This document shows positions 1 through 12,279 of a DNA stretch of 64,000 nucleotides, in pieces. The translations under genes were made by a program, and so were the position numbers. Origin of the DNA: Lytechinus pictus. Taxonomy: Eukaryota. How positions within the stretch are numbered: position 1 is the stretch's first letter; the number at the start of each line of letters is the position of its first letter. Where the stretch lies: positions 14,508,001-14,572,000 of the forward strand of contig NC_087257.1 in assembly GCF_037042905.1 (NCBI RefSeq), given 5' to 3'. The notes below the pieces were generated by a model. It saw nothing but the letters and a program-made list of their open reading frames with translations. It made no database searches and was not told where the DNA came from.

Positions 1-234
1 ATATCATGAGTAAATTCTAAGTATTATTTGTTTTTTTTTATATCGAATCTGAGCAGATGTTGGTAATAAATTTGTGTTTGATAACTTATCTATTTTGTCT
101 TGTTAGCTGCATGTTCCATGGCACTTTCCAATAATAATATGCTCGCGTTCGTATCGTGACGCTTATCAAGTTCTATCGATACGCTGCCGACGGCTCTACT
201 CACGGTAAACCTCGCGCACGGGTACCTTGAGAAC

Positions 235-674
235 GGGGTCCGGACAGCCCGACCACCGGACAGCCCGACCCTGGACAGCCCGACCCGCTGCCCTGGACAA
301 CTCGTCCCGGTCGAGTTGTCCAGGGTTGGCTCTGAATCGGACAACTCGACCACTTGAATTCTTCTTCAACATTTCATGAAATAAAATTTCAAACTTTACT
401 TCAAAAGTATTTTCCCGCATAATCCATGTTTCTACAATACATTCTCGACAGAAAATTTAACATATAACATTTGAAGTTCTGCAGTCTGCACCTCTTCTGA
501 TAAAGCAAATCAGACCATTTTCAATCTTCACCTGAAATGTTGAAGAAGAATTCAAGTGGTCGAGTTGTCCGATTCAGAGCCAACCCTGGACAACTCGACC
601 GGGACGAGTTGTCCAGGGCAGCGGGTCGGGCTGTCCAGGGTCGGGCTGTCCGGTGGTCGGGCTGTCCCGGAACC
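235..674. mobile_element. Young non-autonomous DNA transposon (MITE) with ~145-bp near-perfect TIRs; Mutator-like
   Basis: 235-~380 is the near-perfect reverse complement of ~533-674 (ggacagcccgacc subrepeats). The direct repeat cttgagaac flanks both ends (226-234 and 675-683), giving an 8-10 bp TSD. Confidence 0.9.
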
Positions 675-1046
675 CTTGAGAACTAGCCACCGATGATCAC
701 CCACAATTCACCACACCTCATCATTCGATCGAAGGAGTGGACGAGATTGAAATTCGGCAAAATCAGGCCCATATTTCCGTTAGAAAATATATCAATTGTT
801 AATACAAAACTACGTTATATGATATTTTAAGCATTTTCTTTCATTTTTAGAGATAATTAGGTAAAAGTTGGATTTTTTGCCTTGTTTTTGCAATCTTGTT
901 CTATGTATTGCTCTGTGAAATCGAATTGCGGAAGTCTTACGGTACAAATTTGTTTTAGAACGCAGTAATATGCGCGTCCGGAATCATAATAGTGTCCGGT
1001 AATACAATACGTGACTATACTGGTAGATCTAACGTTAGATCTAGAC

Positions 1047-2223
1047 CAGGAATTCTCAAATGGTGGCGCACCGAGCCTTGTGGAGTGGCGCTTGGGAGCC
1101 GGTATAAAAAAAATAAGGAAAAATTGGGGAGAAAAATGTATACCAGTAACATGAGGATTTGGTGATCATTTTAATACAAAAAGAAAGCAAAAAATCTTTA
1201 CTTGAAACTTAAGTACTTATTGATTTCCTCAAATTTTGTCAAATTTAGCACTCGATAATCCTTATAATGGAGGATCGATGGTGTTCTTTTTATTTATTCT
1301 ATGCTACAAAGTTTATGTGCCACACAAGTGATTTGAAAGCCCCGCTTGTAGGATTTCTATTTCTACGGCGAGTAATTTTGCATTTCCTGAGTATACGTTT
1401 TGCTTAAGAGTTAAATATGAAATGATATGATATTCAAAGGACATCCTGATAATAAAAGATAATGAATTAGGCCATTAGGGACATAACAAGCAGAAACTTT
1501 GTTTTCCGAAGCCGATTAAAATCCGAAGTTGTAAAAGTGAAATATGCTCGATGTATTGCCTGCCACGATTGCCTGCATGTACTCTTGTTTAACACGAGTT
1601 GTAGAGAGAGAGGGGGGGGGGCAATTTTTGGCGTTAGTGCAGTGCAACGCCTAATTTTCGGCCCATTGAAAATCAGGGACTGTAAATTCAGCCACTGGCG
1701 TACAGATTGGGGTGGGGATTGGGGCCCCCTAGTGTTTCAAGGACAAGGGGAGAAAAGGAAAGGGAAAGAGTTGAATATTGTATTGTTTTCTTAATATTAT
1801 GTCAAAATATAGATTTTTGTATTGAAAAGCTCAACATTTTTGCTTCAGCTGCCATATTTAGCCCCCTCATTTTCTTTTTACTCATTACGCCACTTGCTTC
1901 AGCCAATAGATCTGTTGCAGAACAGTCTGAACTAGTTGTTTCATTGGTATGTTGTGAAAAAGTCACTAATCATTTTTCTTTTGATAAATATAATGTGTAG
2001 TTTGTTGGCATTCGTATTTCTTCTGTTGATATTAATTAAAGCCCCTCTGGGCAATCTAAAAGGCCTAACATTCAAAAACTTCTGGGGGCTCTGCCCCCTC
2101 GACCCCCACCAAGGGCCTCTAGACCCCTTCTAAAATACTTTGCTGGTGTAATGGATATAGTGGCGCACTACAGATACTCAACAAGAAATGTGGCGCTTCA
2201 AAAAAAGTAATTGAGAATGGCTG
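1047..2223. mobile_element. Non-autonomous hAT (Charlie-like) element in ARPC2 intron, with a nested MITE at ~1693-1895
   Basis: Termini caggaattctcaa...ttgagaatggctg. Perfect 8-bp TSD atctagac at 1039-1046 and 2224-2231, matching the NTCTAGAN target preference of Charlie-type hATs. Confidence 0.8.
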
Positions 2224-2369
2224 ATCTAGACACATACAGATTACAGAGTACAGTCTACGAGCAGTGTAGTTACACTTCCTACAACACGACTCTCTCAGAA
2301 TGGGACCGTGACCCCAGTGTACGCACAAAGATGGGAGGCAACCCATTCCCAAATCACTTCCTTACTCAC

Positions 2370-2443
2370 CCGGCTACCGCTGCTTCGAATTTATTTAGAA
2401 GTGTCTCTTCGATTATTCTATTCTTTATCTCTAATAAAATCAT
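2370..2443 (-). CDS. ARPC2: Actin-related protein 2/3 complex subunit 2 (p34-Arc), first coding exon; the rest of the gene appears to lie left of the window
   Basis: Minus strand from ATG at 2443 reads [25 protein letters not shown], closely matching the ARPC2 N-terminus ([25 protein letters not shown]). The 74-nt coding exon is followed by the donor GTGAGT at 2369. Confidence 0.93.
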
Positions 2444-2655
2444 CTTGATGCTGTGTCTCCAGTACCCAATAGAACTTTTCAGATTCTTCCAGCACTTTCC
2501 GGGGAAAAAAGGTGTTTTTTCTCAAGGTGGGCGACGCTCGACTTCACGTTTGTGCGAGAGAGAAATAGAAGGAAGTGAAAACAAGTTGTGTTTGCTGCCC
2601 TCTACTGACGAGAGGGCGATAAGTCCTTTATTTTTGCTAGGGGGTGATTATAAAG
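2444..2655 (-). promoter_or_regulatory. Putative ARPC2 5'UTR/core promoter
   Basis: Directly upstream of the ARPC2 ATG. Locally CpG-richer, with ETS-like GGAA motifs and a CTCF-like gctgccctctactga at ~2594-2608. Confidence 0.5.
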
Positions 2656-5287
2656 GTTTACTGACGGTTGGTCTAATATCACTTGGTCTAATCGTCAGAT
2701 GGGCTAACAACATTCAGACTATTATTACCCATGCACTTAGTCCAATTCTCTTTTGGTCTAATGACCACTTGGTCTCATAGCCAATTGGTCTAATGACCAC
2801 TTGGTCTAATAGCCAAGTGGTCTATAATGACCACTTAAGGTCTATATATAGCCAATTGGTCTAATGACCACTTGGTCTCATAGCCAATTGGTATATGACC
2901 ACTTGGTCTAATAGCCAAATGGTTTAATGCCCAGTTGGGCTAATCTTCACTTGGTCCATTATTCATTTGGTCTATATTGTAGTTCGTGTAATGTGCAGTT
3001 GGTCTAATCCTCACTTGGTCCATTATTCAGTTGGTCTAATGTGCAGTTGGTCTAATTTCCATTTCGGCTAATTTCCACTTGGTCTAATTTCCACTTCGGC
3101 TAATTTCAACTTTGTTTAATTTCCAGATAGTCTAACATTCATTTCGTCTACATGCCACTTGGTCTAATTTGTAAAGTTTAGTGACTTGTTATCAATTTTC
3201 TGGTGAAAATCTTAAAGTTACTTTCCGCGCGCCGGCTTCGAAGCTTCACACGTGCGCCCCTCGATGTTGGAGTACAGTTAGAGTGACGACGGTATATTTC
3301 CATCCCCAAATTTTGAAAATATGGGGATTAAAAAAAATATTGGGGGATTTTCTTTTGTCTGTTAATGGGGATTTTTTGAAGGTTTTGGTGAAAAACAATA
3401 AAATTTTCTATTTTTCTGTGAAATATTAAACGCTAATATACGTTCATAGAGGTGGAAAAATAAGGTTTTAAAATTTCCTGATAATTATTCAAACCCATTC
3501 CCAGTTTCTCATGTTTTCTAAGATGATGCAGTTGATTACGTATATTGTTTGTTAATAGCATGTATTATCATTTTTAATCATATGTACCAGTACTTGTACT
3601 GTAGTAAAAGAGGCTACACTAAAAAAAAAGAACACCATAACCTGTCATTCAATAAATTGTTTTGATATATATACAACAAAATATAACAGAGTCTGACGGA
3701 CTATCGTGCTTTCGACTTTTGGGCCGATCAAAATTTCCTGATTTTGCCCTCATTTATATGATTTTCCCCTGATTTGAGGTAATTTCCTGATTTTTCCCTG
3801 ACTGGAAAAATGTTTTTTAAAATCCCTGATTTTCTTGATTTCCCTGATGGGCTGGGAATTAACCCTGTCAATCCATTTTAAGGAGGAGGAGAAGAAGAAC
3901 AAACAAAAAACAGAATGGCCCGTATTCTGAAGTCGGGTTTAAGTTAAACTCAGGTTTAAAGTTGTGGTTTAAGTATGGGAATAGCCAATAGTATCAAATT
4001 TGTCATTAAGTTGTATGTTTCTTATGTTTACTGTGCTCTTTCCTGATTCATCGATGGTGAAGCCAATAATCTTTTTATACTTCCTAGACAATTACACATG
4101 TATGAATTATTTGAGAGCCAAATGAGCTGAAGTATGATATCTCTACAGTTAGTAATTTATGTAACAATTGGCTCGCCATACTTAAACCACAACTTTAAAC
4201 CTGAGTTTAAGTTAAACCCGACTTCAGAATACGGGCCAATGAGTAGATAATGACTGACTACTGTGATGATAACTGATACAGGCCTGCAAGCGTAGACTAT
4301 ACTATGTTATTACACGTGACCACTTATACGAAGAAGGTTAGAATCGAGAAATGGCTGCTACCAAGATGGAACCCAATAAACCTGTATGTGTATAGTGTTA
4401 TTAAACTATATCTAACTGGTATAAGAGGCATAAACATGTTAACCTGATACGTATCCACACAATCAATTGCATTATATTTTCGTTCCTTTCTTCATAATAA
4501 TGCTATTCTGATGAAACCCCGCCATTCGACCATTATAAGAAGCTATAGTACAAGGTCCCAACTTATATTGTTCTGTAAAATGTACATGAGGTGATAATGA
4601 TTATGAGTTTGATATAATTTTCACCATCATCTATATAATCGATATACATGTATAGGCCTAATTATGAGAATTATATTTGATTAGAATGATTCATTGGAAT
4701 AATTCATCGATAGTCCTCCAGCGCCCACCAGCCCTACCCCGCGGCTCTACCCCTCCGGATCCTGGCGGCATGTATTAACTGATGCATGGTGTATTTATTT
4801 ATCCATTAATATATTTGTTAATTCTAGATCAAATGAATAATAATGAATGATGTTATATAAGAATGAATGGACAGTAGACCAAGTGTGAATTAGACCAAAT
4901 GAAAATTAGACCAAGTGACGATTAGCCCAAGTGGGCATTAGACCATTTGGCTATTAGACCAAGTGGTCATTTGACCATTCGGCTATTAGACTAAGTGGTC
5001 ATTAGACCATTTGGCTATTAGACCAAGTGGTCATTAGACCATTTGGCTATTAGACCGAGTGGTCATTAGACCAAGTGGATATTAGACCAAGTGGAAATTA
5101 GACCAAACGGTCATTCGACCATATGAAAATTAGACGAAATGAAAATTAGACCAAGTGCGCGGGGAAGTAGACGAATTGGATATTAGCCGAACTGGTTTTA
5201 GACGAAATGAGTTTAGACTATGTGAAGTTGGACGAACTGATAAGTAGACTAAGTGGTATTAGACCATCCGATAATTCACCACTCACC
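2656..5287. mobile_element. Foldback-type element with long TIRs built from tandem (c/a)cttggtctaat subrepeats; contains nested insertions
   Basis: The left arm ~2656-3175 (ttggtctaat units) mirrors the right arm ~4875-5280 (attagaccaa units). Termini ggtttactgacggttggtctaat and attagaccatccgataattcacc. The direct repeat attataaa occurs at 2648-2655 and 5288-5295. Confidence 0.8.
3917..4237. mobile_element. MITE, PIF/Harbinger-like, nested in the foldback element
   Basis: Perfect ~60-bp TIR ggcccgtattctgaagtcgggtttaa... with a 3-bp flanking repeat aat. A second copy lies at 63683-63993 in the opposite orientation. Confidence 0.85.
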
Positions 5288-7195
5288 ATTATAAAGGCGA
5301 CCGCACACCTTGCGATTGGTCTGCGACTCAATTTTGGAATAAAACGTAGCAGAATTCGATGCTAATATTGAGACTTGGAATATCTTACTGTGTAATATAT
5401 GTTCGAGATCATCGTACGAATCCCTATATTCAAATATGTGACTATGCTATCATCCTTAATTCCTAGAATGTTTAATAACGTTAGTCGTAATGACGTCATA
5501 GCAGTCGTACGATTTGCTACGATTTGAAACAAATTTGGCCTTTAAAGGCTTACAATCTTACAAAATGGTTATATTGGTATTCTTTCAATTAATTTTAACC
5601 TCAAATAAAATGACTTGTTCCATTCACATTTTCAGAAAATGAGCAAAATGCGATTTGTTCCAAAATCGGATCGCGAACAGTCGTAATGTGGTCTCAATGA
5701 ACAAGAACATGAAGAAGGGAGAGAGGTAGGCCCTACTTCTTCTTCTTCTTTGCCTGGGTATTGGGTCTGCTGCCCAATACCCCCACAGTTTTTACTGGAG
5801 GTGCTGATGTAAATTTGAAAAGTAAAAAAAAAAAAAAAGTTTTCACAACAACATATGGAGAACAAAGCAAAAAATGGGGATTTCACTACATTATTAAAAG
5901 GTAATTTTGGTTATATTTTCCACTTTTAAACATCTTCCGGACAACCTGGGGGTGCTGCCTCTGGAGAATAATACACGCAGCACCCCAAGGAAAATGTTGG
6001 GGGTGCTTCAATGCAGCACCCCCAGCACCCCCCGCTTCCCAGGGACATGGCAGGAAGTGCGCAGATGTTGATGGCGCGGAGAGAAAAGATGCGTTTTAGT
6101 CTTTGCTCTTCCTCGTACAATTTACATATAATGAATAAAATGAGCCCCAATTAAAAAAAAACATTTTCAATGTCTCCTCTTAGGGAATATTTCTACACGG
6201 GGGGGGGGGGGGGGGGGCAACCTAAATGTGACCTCATATTTTACACGACCCAGGCATGCAGACCTAGACTGTCTTATTCCTTCTTTCGTCTCCCCCTTTT
6301 TTTTTTGCTTGATATTTGTATCATCTTAATGAATTTCTCTATAACAGTCAATAATTCCCCCCCCCCCGATCTATGAATAATAAATAGAAGATCGCACTTT
6401 TTCACTCACATTATATCTTACTGGTGCACAGATGGGGGGGGGGGGCTTGGCCCCCCCCCCCCACAAAAAAGGTCACGACCAAGAAAAAGGGAGAAAAGGA
6501 AAGAGAGAATCTGAAATATGATATCATTTGTTTAATATTAAGTCAAACACTACCACAAAATTGATTTTTTGCAATAAAAATGTTAAAATTTCGCTTGCTT
6601 CGCCTTCTCATAACTTTGTATTAATTTTACCCGATACGCCATATCTTGTCCGCTCAAAATTTATGGCTCATTACGCCTCTTTTATGTTTACTTGATAAAT
6701 GAGATACGTGTCCCCTTTTCATTAAGGTTAGTGTATCACCAATTTATAGGATTTGCATCCTGTTTATGACTATACGCAAAAAATTAAATCCTTAAAATTT
6801 TTCTTTTCCAGGTCTAAACATAAAAAAAATTCAGCTAGCGCTCTAAGAATTATAAAGATAGTTGTTAATGTTTTAAATTATGAGTTTATGCAAACAATCC
6901 TTCAATAGTCCATTTTTAGGTTAACATAGGCCTATGTCAGTCCGTGCTTCATGGTCTCATATTGTTTGGTTAGATAGCCGACCCATCGTGCTTAATAATT
7001 ACAAAATTTATACACTAAAGAGCATCTTCTGTTTTCAGGTCTATGTACATGACATAATATAAAACAAAAACAAAAACTCGTGTTTCGCACTCGCATTTAT
7101 TCATTTGTGTCTTATGAGATAATCTTATCTTGCTGGTGGGGATAAAGCATAAATTTACAACTTTAGGGCCCCCCCCAAAAAAAAAAAACAATATA

Positions 7196-8509
7196 GGTTT
7201 TCCCGTGCAATTTCGCACTTAGTGCATGCAAAAGTAAAGATAGGTCATTTAATTTCGCACATAGTGCATGACAAAGTATAAATAGGTCATTCAATTTACT
7301 AGACAGGGCAGCCAAAATCACCAGTCGGCATTCAAATTCGCTATAGTGCAACCAAAATGGCCATTTGGCATTCACAATCGCTTTAGAGCAACCAAATCCG
7401 CCATTCGGCATACGAATTTGTACATAGTGCAACCAAGTTTGCCCGTGAAACCCCATCGAGCTATGTTAGAGCATTCAATTTCGCCATTGTGCATCCGATT
7501 ATACAATTTGTGCATGCAATTAAGCACACGTAATTTTTTCTATTTGTTTTATAATTTCCTCATGTTTATATTTTCTTCCATTTTATGGGCTTACTGTGTC
7601 CGTATTAAGTCACCGAAAAAATATAAATATCGGATGGCTAAAGGCATATGAATTAACAGAGGGAAAATTTCCTGACATTTCCCTGTGTTAATTCATATGT
7701 CTTTTTATCTTTGTAATTTTTTTGTTCTTAATGTATATTTTCTTGTCATTTGCACCATCTCTTCGATATATGCATTGACTAGAGACATGATCATAGCATG
7801 TATACAATATCATGATTTTCTTCTTTCATAACATACTTTTATTGTTTTTTTTATCTTGTATCTGTTTTCATATGCCTTTAATCATTTAAAACAATAATCT
7901 TTTCATCAAAACTTAAGACATTGACTACGGTTTTCTTCCCTTATATAATTCTTTTTGAACCTTTTATATTCTTTAAAAAACAATAACTTAATGTATATAC
8001 TTAATATGATATCGTAATTGCAGATGGTATATAACTTCCTAAATAGGCAGGCCACTGCTTTTATGTAATTTACATGATTTTTTACAAGCATCTGTAAAGA
8101 ATGATGTAAATTGTTCAGTGCAGTTTTATGAATGGTCACTGGTGGCACACATACTGCAGGTTGGGAAAAACAAGCGAAAATGTTTGAATATGTATTACAA
8201 GTCATGTAAATGATATGCAGTGCTAAATTGAATGCACTAGTTATGAACATGGATACCTAATAGCGAAATTGAACGCTCTGTCTTCAGTCACGTGACCTCC
8301 GGTGTTAACTTGAGTGCACTATGGCGAATCTGAATGATGTTTTTACACTTTTGATTGCTCTATAGCCAAACTGAATGCCCATTATGAATTTTTGGCGGCA
8401 CTGTGGCGATTTTGAATGACTAGTTTGAATTTTTGGTTGCTCTTTAGCGAAATTGAATGAATTATTTATACTCTTGCATGCACTAAGTGCGAAATTGAGC
8501 GGGAAAACC
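7196..8509. mobile_element. Non-autonomous TIR element with ~40-bp degenerate subrepeats and a central hairpin
   Basis: TIRs ggttttcccgtgcaatttcgcacttagtgcatgcaa / ttgcatgcactaagtgcgaaattgagcgggaaaacc, flanked by TA/TATA. Internal inverted repeat catatgaattaac...gttaattcatatg at ~7645-7699. Confidence 0.8.
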
Positions 8510-10040
8510 TATAATAAACAAATGAAATAAATAGATAAATGAATAAATAGATAAATAAATAAATAAAATAAGATACAAAGAGCAACAACACCTAACAGCT
8601 TTTAGGTCGATCGCGGAAAATGTTGATGAAACTCCTCTCACCACCATGCATTGGCAAAAGGTGGAACCCAGCACTCGTGTTGATGACACCTTTAATATCA
8701 AAATCTCGGGTTGAGATGATACACAGTACGTAAACCAAAATCTCGATCATAGGACCATGAATGATGAAAATCTAGGTCTTTCGTGATGATTGCTCATTTT
8801 TCCAACCCCATCAGGGCAAACATAATAACGAATTCATACAGCAGCAGCCTAGCGGATATTAGCATGATTAGCATCAAAAGTGATTGCTATAAGCTCCGAA
8901 AGCAAATATGAAGAGGCGGCACAATAATTTAAGAGGGGGGCATCGGGGGGAGGGTACGCCCCATTTAGAACCGTTTTTACCCTCCATTCGCACCCACCTT
9001 ATATTTTCATGGTTCCACCTCTATATGGATCAAATAAACATAATTATGCTCAGAGACTGCTTGTATACGGATGTGATTCCTCGAATTTCTATTCACCAAA
9101 AAAATTTACAAGAAATAATGTAATTACACAGGGGTTTTGGGGGGGAAATCAAGCCGTCTTTTATACATTATAAATAATATGTAAAGGATATCATATTTTG
9201 CATTTCATTTTATAGAGTAAAAAAAAACGGTGATTGATTTACGTCATTCGAGCAAAGTTTAAATGTCAGTTAGTTTTTTATCTGATTTCGATGACCTTTC
9301 GAACGTTAAGCCTCCTTTGATTTTTTTTTATATATTAGAATCAACCCAGCTACCGTTTGCATGGTTTGGGTCGACTAAGCCTTGATACGGCGCCACGGTA
9401 TAAGCCAGTTCGTAGTTCCTTTCTGCGCATGATCAAAAGATTCTACGCATGATCAGAGGAAGGTCATTTGTACCAAAGTGACATGGTGGTTTAAAATCTA
9501 ATGAGATAAGCACCAACTTTGATGTCTTGATTATTCATATATTCTTTTGAATAGTGGTTTTCATTTACATCCACAAAAAACAACAATGCGTCCACGAACG
9601 ACTGGTATTTCACAGTTTGCCAAGTACATTGTGCAACATGCTATGATATGCATTCAAAGTAGAAATGCAACAAATACCTTCATAAAGTGTTCATTGGTGT
9701 GCTATTCTAGTCACCTGGTCTATTCAATTTCTTCATCCTGCTATGAAAGACAAGCTTACGTAATATCTTGCTTTAAAATCTGCCTGTCATAATGAAAGAA
9801 ATGGAAGGTCATTTGACCAAAATTGTCCATGAAGTAACGACGAACTGGTCTATTCTGATACAGGGGTATATAAGCAATTCACCTTTTTCCTCAATCATGT
9901 TAATAGGGTGATGGAGTTGCAGTGTATGTACACGGTCGAGGACAATTAAAAAAAAATATTCCTCCTCCATTGACCTGTATTCCCTTCCCTCCATTTGTTT
10001 TTATTTTTATTTCACCTTCTTGAAAAATCATAGAGGCAGT

Positions 10041-10265
10041 CACTGGCGGATCCAGGGGGGGGGGGGGGGCACAGCTGGCCCTTGCCCCCCCCCCCCCTTT
10101 GAGAAGCAAAATTAAATTTGTAATGTAAAAATGCCATCAAAACAGATGTGTGCCCCCCTCTTTTGAAAGTGAAGACCTTTTTTATTATTTTTTTTTTTTG
10201 CTTGTCAAAAATTTCCTCCGAAAAATGTGCCCCCCCCCCTTTGGAAAATCCTGGATCCGCCCCTG
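10041..10265. mobile_element. Short poly-G/poly-C MITE with 8-bp TSD (hAT-like)
   Basis: TIRs cactggcggatccagg / cctggatccgcccctg. TSD gaggcagt at 10033-10040 and 10266-10273. Confidence 0.85.
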
Positions 10266-10639
10266 GAGGCAGTCGTCCACGGCCCCAAGTAATGCCGCAC
10301 CTGCATGGTACATCTAACCCAAATACATGCAACCTTTCGCGTGTGCTTTCCTTTAATGTCCATTAGGGTGCATTCTCGCCAGCCCTTTGGCAGAGACAGT
10401 GGTGATAATAATCTCTGTGTTTGAGAAAATGTGACGTCTGAAAAGATAAAAATAGAACATCCGAATGCAGAAATATGTTAATCTCCAAACAGTGAACCCC
10501 GACTGTTACATGAATGAATCCCATCACTTTCAGAAAAAAAGCGGGCTTTACAGGTGAGGTAAGGAAACAAGCGAAGAGATTAATTTGAGCATACCGGTCG
10601 GTCTTTGTTTCAGTGGCGTAGACATGAAAGATGAACGAG

Positions 10640-11500
10640 GCAGCCAGGGAATATACCCCGTACTGTAGGCATATCTGGGTGTGGTTGATGTAGTTTTATT
10701 TATTTTCTTTGTTACTTTTGCTCTATACATTCTACGGGTGCATGTGATCGTCTCATTATCGTTACCGGTTATTGGCGTAAAATGGGGGGGGGGGGGGCTG
10801 GGTGTACTTGCCCCCCCCCCCTCATAAGTAAGTTCCACAACCATAATAAATGGAGGAGAAACGTACCCTAATGGAAAGGACACAGTGTCCCAAAGTGTGT
10901 GCCACAGTGTGTTCACAGTGTGGGACACAATTTGAAATCACCTTCACACTGTTCAATTTGAGCACCACAGCGAGGTGAATCATTTATTCACATAGTTGAC
11001 CATGAGAACACGCTTTGAACAGTCACACTGTCGAGGTGTCCACAATGTGAAAATATATTCACACTTTGAATAGAGCATTTCAACAGTGTGAATAATATTT
11101 GCGCATAGTCCACTGGGGGCAGCAAGGGAATATACCCAACCCGTACTGTAGGCATATATGGATGTGGTTGATGAAGTTTTATTTATTTTCTTTGTTACTT
11201 TGCTCTATACATTGAACATGGGTGCATGTGATCGTCTCATGTATACATAATCGGTTATTGGCGTAAAAAATGTGTGGGGGGGGGATGGGTGCACTTGCCC
11301 CTCATAAGTTTACAACCATAGAAAAATGGAGGAGAAACCCTGCTGGAAAGAACACAGTGTCCCACAGTGTGTTCACAGTGTAGGTTACAATGTGAAATCA
11401 CCTTCACACTGTTCAATTTGAGCACTACAGCGAGGTGAATCATAAAGTCGACTATGAGAACACGCTTTGAACAGTCACACTGTCGAGGTGTCCACAGTGT
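10640..11500 (+). repeat. Local tandem duplication (~480-bp period, second copy shorter)
   Basis: ggcagc(c/a)agggaatatacc...gtactgtaggcatat...cacactgtcgaggtgtccaca occurs at ~10640-11045 and again at ~11118-11500. Confidence 0.85.
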
Positions 11501-12279
11501 CAAATAATGATATAAACCATTCTGGCAGCCAAGACGAAAATCAATCTATGTTGTAATGAGAAAGGAAATTAAAGAGTAATTGCGCGTGACCATCCTTTGC
11601 TCCTCATTTTTTCCCGAATATTGCATGACCTTTTGCAGATGCGATAAACATCATTCTCGTATTCTTTCTTATCATATTATAATGTCCAATTTCGGTATAT
11701 ATTTCCAAACACATTAACATGGACTAGACAATATTGAAGACGCAATGCCTTCAGATAAATTATGGTGTGCCCATGAAGTCGCCAAACTCGTTGCCATTTT
11801 GATGTTCAATTTTATCAAATATTGCCCGTTATTGATCAATTTAACTTGTTTTCTTAATATTCAAAGTAACAGGTGCAATGCACTCTAAAACTGTAATATA
11901 TTTGGCAATAACTTACATATACGAGAAAAAATGACAGACCCACACTCAATTGGTAATTCAAACCGAATGACGGGCCGAACTTGAAAGATACGTTCGTTCT
12001 GAAGTATCACAAGTTCTACTTTTTACAATCCATAATTCAATAGGTCACCGTGGGCCTATATTTGTGGTTTACTATTGTCATTAATAAACAAATTCGTGAA
12101 AAAGTGACTTCATGAATCGATTAACAACTAGTTTGTCACCGAATGGGTCAAAATATATTTTGCGCATAATGAAGACCAATATGTTACCTAATCTATATAG
12201 CCTAATAACTCAAACATCTCTGTAGATTTGCCTAACACTAATAAATTAACCTCCCACAAAATCTGGAAAATGTTCCCGG

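Noticed and set aside
2211-2780. 189-aa plus-strand ORF
   Set aside because: It is antisense to the ARPC2 exon and runs into transposon subrepeats, with no recognisable protein features.
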